Shown: positions 18,776-26,148 of the stretch, one piece after another
How positions within the stretch are numbered: position 1 is the stretch's first letter
Layout of the letters: each line of letters opens with the position of its first letter
Source of the DNA: an uncultured Heliobacteriaceae bacterium
Lineage (GTDB): Bacteria > Acidobacteriota > Blastocatellia > RBC074
Assembly (NCBI GenBank): GCA_964457105.1
Contig: CAYWDW010000001.1
Location: 1 to 39,913, forward strand
Reading direction: 5' to 3'
DNA: 39,913 nucleotides
The notes under the pieces: generated by a model
What the model was told of the DNA's origin: nothing
Databases searched by the model: none
Seen by the model: the letters and a program-made list of their open reading frames with translations, nothing else
Program-made: the position numbers and the translations under genes

Positions 18776-19285
18776 ATGAACAAAGCTCTGGCACTGATTT
18801 TATTACTGCTGCTGTGCGGTCTGGCCGGGTGCGCGGCGGATGAGGACAAGGCGTCCCCGACTCCGGCGGCAGCGACGACGCCCACGCCCGAACCACAGGT
18901 GATTTATGAAAAGGGATTCTTTGATGAAGAACGCGACCGCGATCTGACGTGGCGCTGGATGAGCGAGGAAGGCGTCATCAGGCTGAAGAATCCGAAGCGC
19001 GACGCCGTGCTGAAGATCAGGGGCAATGTGCCGAAAGACCGCTTCCCGCAACCGCCGACCATCACCATCAAACTCAACGGTGAACAGCTCGATCAGTTCC
19101 CGGCCCCGACCGAACCGACTGAGAAGGTCTACAACATTCCGGCAGCGCGGCTCGGCAACGGCGACTTTGCCGAACTGACCATCAGCAGCAGCAGAGTTTT
19201 TATCCCCAAAGAAGTGGATAAAAACTCAACCGACCCGCGGCACCTGAGTTTTTCGCTCCAGGGCCTGAGCTGGGAAGCAAAGTGA
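18776..19285 (+). CDS. Small lipoprotein of unknown function (Pro/Thr/Ala linker + ~125-aa beta-rich domain)
   Basis: 169-aa ORF with an AAGGAG SD. The lipobox LLCGLAGC is followed by a low-complexity linker (AADEDKASPTPAAATTPTPEPQ). It lies 56 nt after the GT-C fusion gene on the same strand and is followed by a strong hairpin. Confidence 0.75.
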   Translation: MNKALALILLLLLCGLAGCAADEDKASPTPAAATTPTPEPQVIYEKGFFDEERDRDLTWRWMSEEGVIRLKNPKRDAVLKIRGNVPKDRFPQPPTITIKLNGEQLDQFPAPTEPTEKVYNIPAARLGNGDFAELTISSSRVFIPKEVDKNSTDPRHLSFSLQGLSWEAK

Positions 19286-19297
19286 CAATGCACACGC

Positions 19298-19344
19298 AGC
19301 CACAGCCGGACCGCGAACTTTCAGTTCGCGGTCCGGCTGTGGCT
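19298..19344. terminator. Bidirectional hairpin terminator between convergent genes
   Basis: Perfect 22-bp inverted repeat (19298-19319 with 19323-19344) and a minimal loop. It sits between the lipoprotein stop (19285) and the PhzF-like stop (19349). No U tract on either side. Confidence 0.65.
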
Positions 19345-19348
19345 CACT

Positions 19349-20278
19349 TCAGAAAGTCATCTTGCCGGTCAGCACTTCAACGGCAGCGCCGCCGATGCGC
19401 ACGACGCTGACCTCACCGGCGGTGCCTTCGACTTCAGCTTCGATGCGACTGGGGCGGCCCATGTCAATGCCCTGTTCGATAATGAAATTTGCGGCGCCAT
19501 TGACTGAGGCCACCACGCCGTAATGCACCAGCGCGGCGGCCAGCGTGCCGGCGGCGCTGCCGGTCGCGGGGTCTTCGCCAACGCCGGTTGATTCATCGGC
19601 AAACATCCGCGTGCTGACGAAGGATTCCGCATGGTGCGTTTCGCGGGTGACGGCATAGAGGCCCGTGCCTCCGGTGCGCCTGAGCAGGGCTGACAATTCA
19701 GCGCCGTTCGTTTTCATCCGGCTCAGGGCCGAGCGGCTGCGCAGCGGCACGATCAGAAACCTCACGCCGGTTGATGACACAATCACCGGCAGGACCGAAT
19801 CGCCAATCTCATCCGGCGACAGATTCAGCGCGCGGGCGCAGGCGGCAATTTCATCGAGCGGCGCGCCGACTTCCGGCCTGCCCTGCGTCATCACGACTCT
19901 GACCGGCCTGCCGTCAGCGAAATCAATGGCCACCGGCAGCACGCCGAGTTTCAGTTCCTGCTGAATCGTGACGCGCCCGTTGCCTGAGGCGGGCGGAGCC
20001 ACCACGCCGCGCCGCGCCAGGACATTCCACGTCCCGACCACCGGATGCCCCGCAAGCGGCAGCTCCTGGCCCGGCGTGAAGATGCGCAACCGGCGCAGCG
20101 CCTTTGCCGGATCGCCCGGCGGCAGCACAAAGACTGTTTCTGACAAATTCATTTCTCGCGCAATCCGCTGCATCGTTACCTCGTCAATGCCTGCGGCCTC
20201 TGGAAAGACCGCCAGCGGATTGCCCTCAAAAATCCTTGCCGTAAAGACGTCGCACTGAATGAATGAATATGCTGGCAT
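19349..20278 (-). CDS. PhzF family phenazine-biosynthesis-like isomerase
   Basis: 309-aa ORF. The N-terminus MPAYSFIQCDVFTARIFEGNPLAVF...LSETVFVLPP is the typical PhzF-family signature. Confidence 0.85.
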   Translation of the reverse strand: MPAYSFIQCDVFTARIFEGNPLAVFPEAAGIDEVTMQRIAREMNLSETVFVLPPGDPAKALRRLRIFTPGQELPLAGHPVVGTWNVLARRGVVAPPASGNGRVTIQQELKLGVLPVAIDFADGRPVRVVMTQGRPEVGAPLDEIAACARALNLSPDEIGDSVLPVIVSSTGVRFLIVPLRSRSALSRMKTNGAELSALLRRTGGTGLYAVTRETHHAESFVSTRMFADESTGVGEDPATGSAAGTLAAALVHYGVVASVNGAANFIIEQGIDMGRPSRIEAEVEGTAGEVSVVRIGGAAVEVLTGKMTF

Positions 20279-20289
20279 AGGTGAAAGCG

Positions 20290-20421
20290 GGAATTCGGAA
20301 TTCGGTAGTCGGTAGTCGGAAACCGAAAGCGAGATGGCAGATGGCAGATGGCAGCGAGACTGCGGCTGCTCTTCCTTCCGACTACCGACTACCGAATTCC
20401 GACTTCCGACTTCCGACTTCC
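20290..20421. repeat. Heptamer-repeat hairpin element, copy 1 (arms of GGAATTC/GGTAGTC/GGAAGTC units; core with (GATGGCA)x3)
   Basis: The left arm is [GGAATTC]x2[GGTAGTC]x2 (20290-20317). The right arm is [GACTACC]x2[GAATTCC][GACTTCC]x3 (20380-20421). About 25 bp pair perfectly. The core carries GATGGCA x3 (20333-20353). The right arm ends 8 nt from the stop codon of the 20429.. gene. Confidence 0.88.
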
Positions 20422-20428
20422 TGCTTTA

Positions 20429-21214
20429 TTACTGCGCCGCCGGCTTGCCAAACTTCGCGTCCTCAATCGGCGTGTTGTGTTTCACTTCTGTCAGCTTGAT
20501 TGAGAGCGTGAAGGCCGGTGTGACCTGGCGGATTGAATACGGAACCCTGACGCCGTCCACCGTCTGGTAATCGTCGGTGTAAATTTCGACGGGCATCTTT
20601 CCCTGCGGGCTTTCGCGTTCAGCATCGTGCCGGATCAGCAGGCCTGAAGCGACGTCAAAATAGAGTTTCTCCGGGCTGCCTTCAGCCGGTGTGGCTTCGA
20701 TGACCCAGGCGTCCGATGAGCCGACTTTCTCTTTGCCCTTCAGCTCCATTTTCGAGAAATGTTTCCTGAGATTGATGGCCCCATAGAAATCAGAATCGCG
20801 CTTCAGCGTGGTCAGCTCCGCGCCGCTCAGTTCGCGCAATCCGCTCATCGGGTCTGACGACCAGCCACTGCTGCCGTCAAAGACATTGTTGACGGTGCCG
20901 AAACCTGACAGCGTAATGACCACCGCATTTTTATTCGGCGCTTTCGAGAAGGTTTCGACCGTGCCGCTCATGCCCATGCCTTCGAGTTCGATGGTGCCTT
21001 TGCTCGTGCGCGAGGTCAGCTTTTCAATGGCCTCTTTGCCGCCCACGGCCTGAACCTGCTTTGCCAGAATTTCATCAACGGTCGGGGTCGCGGCGGCCTT
21101 CGTGTCGGCTTTCGGTTCGGGTTTTGCGCCGTTGCCGGCCTTTGGATTTTCCTGCGCGGCAGCGACCGCCAGGAGCAGCAGCGAAATCGTCAGAGTGAGT
21201 GCAATGCGTTTCAT
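20429..21214 (-). CDS. Secreted protein, LolA-like / outer-membrane lipoprotein-sorting-like fold (function uncertain)
   Basis: The ORF-track version (to 21337) overlaps pcm. The likely start is the ATG at 21214 (MKRIALTLTISLLLLAVAAAQ, signal peptide) with AAGGA 8-9 nt upstream; 21223 is an alternative. The fold assignment rests on general sequence resemblance only. Confidence 0.6.
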   Translation of the reverse strand: MKRIALTLTISLLLLAVAAAQENPKAGNGAKPEPKADTKAAATPTVDEILAKQVQAVGGKEAIEKLTSRTSKGTIELEGMGMSGTVETFSKAPNKNAVVITLSGFGTVNNVFDGSSGWSSDPMSGLRELSGAELTTLKRDSDFYGAINLRKHFSKMELKGKEKVGSSDAWVIEATPAEGSPEKLYFDVASGLLIRHDAERESPQGKMPVEIYTDDYQTVDGVRVPYSIRQVTPAFTLSIKLTEVKHNTPIEDAKFGKPAAQ

Positions 21215-21278
21215 TACGTCCATCCTTTTCTGTTTGATGTTGCGGTGATTGGGGGACTGGTTGATGTGGCCGGGTGCT

Positions 21279-21962
21279 TTATCGCTCGCTGTGCCAGCCG
21301 TGCTGCCCGACCAGTCTGACAAACTGGCAGCGGCCAAAATCTTCGGTCTTCGGGCCGGTGTCGGTGCGCGTCACACGCATCAGCCGTTGTTCCGTTTCAG
21401 TGCCGACGGGAATGACCAGCCTGCCGCCAATGGCCAGTTGTTCGACGAGCGGCGGCGGGATTTCGGGCGACCCGGCAGCCACCAGAATCCCGGCATAAGG
21501 CGCATAATCACGCCAGCCGCTGGTGCCATCGAAGCACTTGAGAATTACGTTGGTGAAGCGCAGTTCGTTCAGCAGTTTTTGGGCACTGCGCGCCAGCTCA
21601 ACTTTGCGTTCGATGGCGAAGACCGCGCGCGCCAGGTGCGCCAGGATCGCCGTCTGATAGCCTGAGCCAGCGCCGATTTCCAGCACGCGGTCGCCGGGTT
21701 GCAGTCCGAGCAGTTCAGACTGTCGCGCCACGATGTAAGGCTGCGAAATGGTCTGCCCCGCCGCAATCGGCAGCGCGTGATCGCCGTAAGCATTGCCGCG
21801 CAACGCTTCGGGCACGAATAAATGACGCGGCACGGCGTTCATCGCCGCCAGCACGCGCTCATCACGAATCTCGTAATGCTGGCGCAAATGTTCGACCATC
21901 CGCGCCCGAATGCGGGCCTGATCGTAACCGCGATTGCGACCTGAAGCATCAGCCTGAACCAT
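21279..21962 (-). CDS. pcm: Protein-L-isoaspartate O-methyltransferase
   Basis: 227-aa ORF with the motifs PRHLFVP, GQTISQPYIVA and the SAM-binding VLEIGAGSGYQTA. It lies directly downstream of surE, as in the conserved surE-pcm pair. Confidence 0.9.
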   Translation of the reverse strand: MVQADASGRNRGYDQARIRARMVEHLRQHYEIRDERVLAAMNAVPRHLFVPEALRGNAYGDHALPIAAGQTISQPYIVARQSELLGLQPGDRVLEIGAGSGYQTAILAHLARAVFAIERKVELARSAQKLLNELRFTNVILKCFDGTSGWRDYAPYAGILVAAGSPEIPPPLVEQLAIGGRLVIPVGTETEQRLMRVTRTDTGPKTEDFGRCQFVRLVGQHGWHSER

Positions 21963-21983
21963 CTGTCTCTGACTGGTCCTTTC

Positions 21984-22745
21984 TTATTCGTGCGCGTTGT
22001 TCATAAACCCGTTCCAGGTGCGCAGATCTTCAAGGGCGCGGTAATCGGTCATTTCAGCGCGCAGCGGGGTGATTGACACGAGGCCCTGCTCGATGGCGGC
22101 ATAGTCGCTGTTGAGGTCTTCCTTTGACCACGCAATGTCCTGAATGCCGATCCAGACGTAAGACCGCCCGCGCGGGTCTGTGCCTTCGACGATATTGGTT
22201 GTGCCGAGATTGGTGCCCTGATGCGTGATGCGCGAGCCACAGATTTCGCCAGGCGGGACGTTGACGTTCAGAATCGTGCCTTCGGGCAGACCTTCCTGCA
22301 ACACCTTGCGCGCCAGTTCAGCGGCAAAGGCGGCGGCCTGCTCGAATTCAAAGCGGCGGCGCGTGGCCAGGCTGACCGCGATGCCCGGCAGCTTGAAAAC
22401 AGCGGCTTCCAGCGCGCCGGCCACCGTGCCGGAATAGGTCACGTCATCGCCCAGGTTCGCGCCGTAATTGATGCCCGACACAACGATGTCAGGGCGGCGG
22501 CCCTCCATAATCCGGGTCAGCGCCAGCACGACGCAATCGGTCGGCGTGCCGTCCACCGAGTACCGCCGCTCTTCGTGCTCCCGAATGCGCAGCGGGCGCG
22601 TCAGCGTCAGCGAATGCGATGACGCGCTCTGTTCCGAGGCCGGAGCGACGACGGTGACTTCGCCGACGCTTTCCAGGGCAGCGGCCAGCGCGGCCAGGCC
22701 TGCCGAAAAAATTCCATCATCGTTGGTGACGAGAATTCTGGTCAT
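21984..22745 (-). CDS. surE: 5'/3'-nucleotidase SurE
   Basis: 253-aa ORF starting MTRILVTNDDGI..., the hallmark SurE N-terminus, with GINYGANLGDDVTYSGTVAGA further in. Confidence 0.92.
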   Translation of the reverse strand: MTRILVTNDDGIFSAGLAALAAALESVGEVTVVAPASEQSASSHSLTLTRPLRIREHEERRYSVDGTPTDCVVLALTRIMEGRRPDIVVSGINYGANLGDDVTYSGTVAGALEAAVFKLPGIAVSLATRRRFEFEQAAAFAAELARKVLQEGLPEGTILNVNVPPGEICGSRITHQGTNLGTTNIVEGTDPRGRSYVWIGIQDIAWSKEDLNSDYAAIEQGLVSITPLRAEMTDYRALEDLRTWNGFMNNAHE

Positions 22746-23024
22746 GTTAAGCTTGTGTTCCCCCTGCTGTGACCCTCACTGGTTTGGGCGGAAAGTCATT
22801 ATCCCCGATCAGCCGCCTGGAAACCATGTAACACAGTTTGCCTGTAAATTCACCGCCGCCAGCCTGACACACCATCTCCGCGTGGAGACTTGCCCCGATT
22901 AAAAGTTTCATCTGTGGGAAATATGTGCGCCTGCAGGGACAGCCAGCGCCCGCCCCGGGGTCAGTTCCGGCTGATTGCATGCTCAATCCGGGCCACCTGA
23001 TTTATTCACCCGATTCAGAAAAGG

Positions 23025-25913
23025 ATGTACGCCATGATTATGATCCGCCACACGGCCAAACGTCTGTCGGCGCTGACGCTCGCCCTGCTGCTCAACCTCG
23101 CGGCAATGCCCGCGTTCGGCCAGGGGCCGCGCCTGATCCAGCCTGCTGCAGCCGCTCAATCGGCGCAGGCCGAAGCTGCACATTCATTCGGCCAGTTGCC
23201 GCTCAGTTTTGAAATCAATCAGGGCCAGGCCGCCGATGCAGTGAAGTTTCTGGCGCGCGGCCAGGGTTACGGGCTGTTTCTGACTGCGCGTGAAGCCGTC
23301 TTTCAGGTGCAGCAGGTCGGCAAATTGCCGAACTCTGAAACGCTGCGCCTGCAGTTTCGCGGGGCGAACCCGTCACCACCAATCAGCGGGCTGAATGAAC
23401 TGCCCGGCCAGAGCAGCTATTTCACCGGCAGCGACCCGGCGCAGTGGCGCACCGGCATTGCCAGTTATGCGAAGGTTGAATATCGCGCCGTCTGGCCGGG
23501 CGTGGATCTGATTTATTACGGTCGGCAGCAGCAGCTTGAATATGATTTCGTCGTGGCTCCGGGCGCTGACCCGCGCGCGATCAGGCTGACTTTTGCGGGC
23601 GCGCAAAGTGTGCGGATTGATCGTCAGGGCGACCTCGTGCTCAAGCTCAGCAGCGGCGAAATGCGCCAGGCGCCGCCGCTCGTTTATCAGGAAATCAACG
23701 GCGAGCGGCAGATCATTCCCGCCCGTTACGCGATCAGTCATCGTCAGGGCAAAGCTGAAATCAGCTTCCGGCTCGGCGCTTATGACCGCACAAAGACGCT
23801 CGTCATTGATCCGGTGCTGAGTTATGCCACGCTGCTTGGCGGCAGCGGCAACGATACCGGTCAGGGCATTGCGGTTGACGCGCAGGGCAATGTTTACGTG
23901 ACCGGCTTTACGGCTTCGACCAACTTTCCGGGTGCGGCGCGGGTTCCGTCAGGCAGCAGCGGCGGCAACGGCGACGCCTTCGTCCTCAAACTCAATCCAG
24001 CCGGAAATCAGATCGTTTATGCCGCTTACATTGGCGGATCGGGCGCTGATGCCGCGACCGATCTGGCGCTGGACGCAGGCAATAACGTCTGGTTTGCGGG
24101 TTACACCAGTTCGACCGATTTCCCAACCGTCAGCCCGCGTCAGGCCGGTCAGGCCGGAGGCGCGTTTGACGGGTTTGTGGCGAAGCTCAACGCCAGCGGC
24201 ACGGCGCTCGATTTTGCAACTTACCTCGGCGGCCCTGGCACGGGAGCCGCAGGCAGCGGCGATGACCGCGTCTTCGGCATCGCGGTTGATGCCGACGGCA
24301 GCGCGCTCGTCACGGGCCAGACCAACTCGGCTTCGTTTCCCTTGCAGAATCCGCTGCGCAATGCGATTGGCGGCGGCTTCGATGCGTTCGTCACCAAATA
24401 CAACAGCACCGGCTCGGCCATCGTTTATTCAACTTACCTCGGCGGCAGCGGCGACGACGCCGCGCAGAAAGTAGCCGTGGACAGCAATCGCAACGCTTAC
24501 GTCACGGGCTTCACGGCCTCCGCAAACTTTCCGACCACCGCGCCGTTGCAGGCGCAAAGCGGCGGCAATCGTGATGTGTTCATCACGAAGCTCAATGCTA
24601 CCGGCTCGGCCTTCGTTTATTCGACTTATCTCGGCGGCAGCAGTGACGACATTGCTTACGGCCTGGCGGTTGACGGCAGCGGCAATGCTTATGTGTCGGG
24701 CGTGACGAGTTCAACGAACTTTCCGGCGCAGAACCCGGTGCAAACCAAATACGGCGGTGGCGGCACCGATGCCTTTGTGACAAAGCTCAATGCCGCCGGA
24801 TCGGCGCTGACCTGGTCAACGTGGCTGGGCGGCAGCGGTGACGATTACGCCTCGCGCATCGCGGTTGACGCGGCAGGCCAGGCGCACGTCACCGGCAATA
24901 CTTTTTCGACGAACTTTCCGCTTGAGAACATCGTGCCGGACGCCGCCGGCAGCGGCAGCGATGCGTTCATTGTCAAATTCAATGCCGCCGGTTCAGCGCG
25001 TCTGTTTGCGACTTATTACGGCGGCGACGGCAATGATTACGGCAATGCGATTGCGCTGGACGCCGCAGGCCATGCTTACGTGACGGGCGACACGGGTTCG
25101 ACCATTCTGCCGGTGGCAGCAGCCCTGCAGCCCAGCCCTGGCGGCGGCGGCGATGCGTTTATCGTCAAACTCGACACGACCAGAAACCTGACCAACTTTG
25201 TGACCGTGTCAGCCGCGAGTTACGCAAGCAGCCAGCTTGCGCCGGAATCAATCGTCGCGGGCTTCGGGCCGAACGTGGCCACCGGGCTGGCGCTGGCCTC
25301 GTCGTTACCATTGCCAACCGTGCTTGGCGGCGCATCAGTCAAAGTGCGTGACGCCAGCGGAGCCGAAAGGCTCGCGCCGCTCTTTTTCGTGTCGCCCAAT
25401 CAGATCAACTATCAGATTCCCGCAGGCACGGCGCCGGGCCGCGCGGCGGTGAGCGTCCTCAACAGCAGCAATGTCGTCATCAGCGCCGGAGTCATCAATG
25501 TGGCCGCGATCAGTCCGGCGCTCTTTACCGGCGATGCGAGCGGCGGCGGCGCGCCGGCGGCTTATGCCATTCGCGTCACAGCAGGCGGGCAGCAGAGCGT
25601 TGAATCAGTCTCGGATGGCGCCACGCCGATGCCGATTGATGTCGCACCGCCGGGCGATCAGGTCTATCTGGTGCTCTATGGCACAGGCCTGCGCGGGCGC
25701 AGCGCGCAGAACAACGTGACGGTCAACTTTCTGTCAGGCAGCACCATTCTGGCCGCAACAGGCGTGGATTACGCCTCGGTCGCGCCTGGCTTCGTCGGTC
25801 TGGATCAAGTCAACCTGATGCTGCCGCGCAAGCTGGCCGGTCACGGCATGGTTGATCTGGTCATCATCGCCGACGGTCAGACGACCAATGCGGTCAAGGT
25901 CAGCTTCAAATAA
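23025..25913 (+). CDS. Secreted SBBP (beta-propeller) repeat protein with TIGR03437 (Solibacter-type) C-terminal domain
   Basis: 962-aa ORF with a signal peptide; ATGs at 23034 and 23040 are alternative starts. More than 8 repeats of the form YSTYLGGSG.D.A..IAVD..GNAYVTG.T.S.NFP are present. The C-terminal ~220 aa (SAASY...FFVSPNQINYQIP...ALFT...YLVLYGTGLRG...FVGLDQVNL.LPR) match the TIGR03437 pattern. Confidence 0.8.
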   Translation: MYAMIMIRHTAKRLSALTLALLLNLAAMPAFGQGPRLIQPAAAAQSAQAEAAHSFGQLPLSFEINQGQAADAVKFLARGQGYGLFLTAREAVFQVQQVGKLPNSETLRLQFRGANPSPPISGLNELPGQSSYFTGSDPAQWRTGIASYAKVEYRAVWPGVDLIYYGRQQQLEYDFVVAPGADPRAIRLTFAGAQSVRIDRQGDLVLKLSSGEMRQAPPLVYQEINGERQIIPARYAISHRQGKAEISFRLGAYDRTKTLVIDPVLSYATLLGGSGNDTGQGIAVDAQGNVYVTGFTASTNFPGAARVPSGSSGGNGDAFVLKLNPAGNQIVYAAYIGGSGADAATDLALDAGNNVWFAGYTSSTDFPTVSPRQAGQAGGAFDGFVAKLNASGTALDFATYLGGPGTGAAGSGDDRVFGIAVDADGSALVTGQTNSASFPLQNPLRNAIGGGFDAFVTKYNSTGSAIVYSTYLGGSGDDAAQKVAVDSNRNAYVTGFTASANFPTTAPLQAQSGGNRDVFITKLNATGSAFVYSTYLGGSSDDIAYGLAVDGSGNAYVSGVTSSTNFPAQNPVQTKYGGGGTDAFVTKLNAAGSALTWSTWLGGSGDDYASRIAVDAAGQAHVTGNTFSTNFPLENIVPDAAGSGSDAFIVKFNAAGSARLFATYYGGDGNDYGNAIALDAAGHAYVTGDTGSTILPVAAALQPSPGGGGDAFIVKLDTTRNLTNFVTVSAASYASSQLAPESIVAGFGPNVATGLALASSLPLPTVLGGASVKVRDASGAERLAPLFFVSPNQINYQIPAGTAPGRAAVSVLNSSNVVISAGVINVAAISPALFTGDASGGGAPAAYAIRVTAGGQQSVESVSDGATPMPIDVAPPGDQVYLVLYGTGLRGRSAQNNVTVNFLSGSTILAATGVDYASVAPGFVGLDQVNLMLPRKLAGHGMVDLVIIADGQTTNAVKVSFK

Positions 25914-25916
25914 CAC

Positions 25917-25983
25917 CTGCACGCTGTCACGCCCGCCGCGCCAACAGCCGAGATGTTGGCGCGGCGGGCGTGACAGCGTGCAG
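25917..25983 (+). terminator. Long hairpin terminator after the SBBP gene
   Basis: Perfect 30-bp inverted repeat (25917-25946 with 25954-25983) and a 7-nt loop, starting 4 nt after the stop codon. No U tract follows. Confidence 0.65.
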
Positions 25984-26148
25984 AGCAACGCAGGCTTTCG
26001 CCGAACCACCGGCGGCCATGTTGTTTTCTGATTTCATTCGCTATACTGCGCCTCTCCCTGTGTGACTGGTATCCCTGAAGCCCCTGCAAGGCACAGCATC
26101 CCTCAGCCTGAAAATCAAACTACCTTTTCCTCAGTGAGGTTGTGCAGT

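Noticed and set aside
26067-26081. Sigma-54-like motif TGGTAT-N5-AAGC upstream of the 26149 gene
   Set aside because: The GG and GC spacing is right, but both elements deviate from consensus (TGGCAC/TTGC). This is too weak to call without a PWM score.
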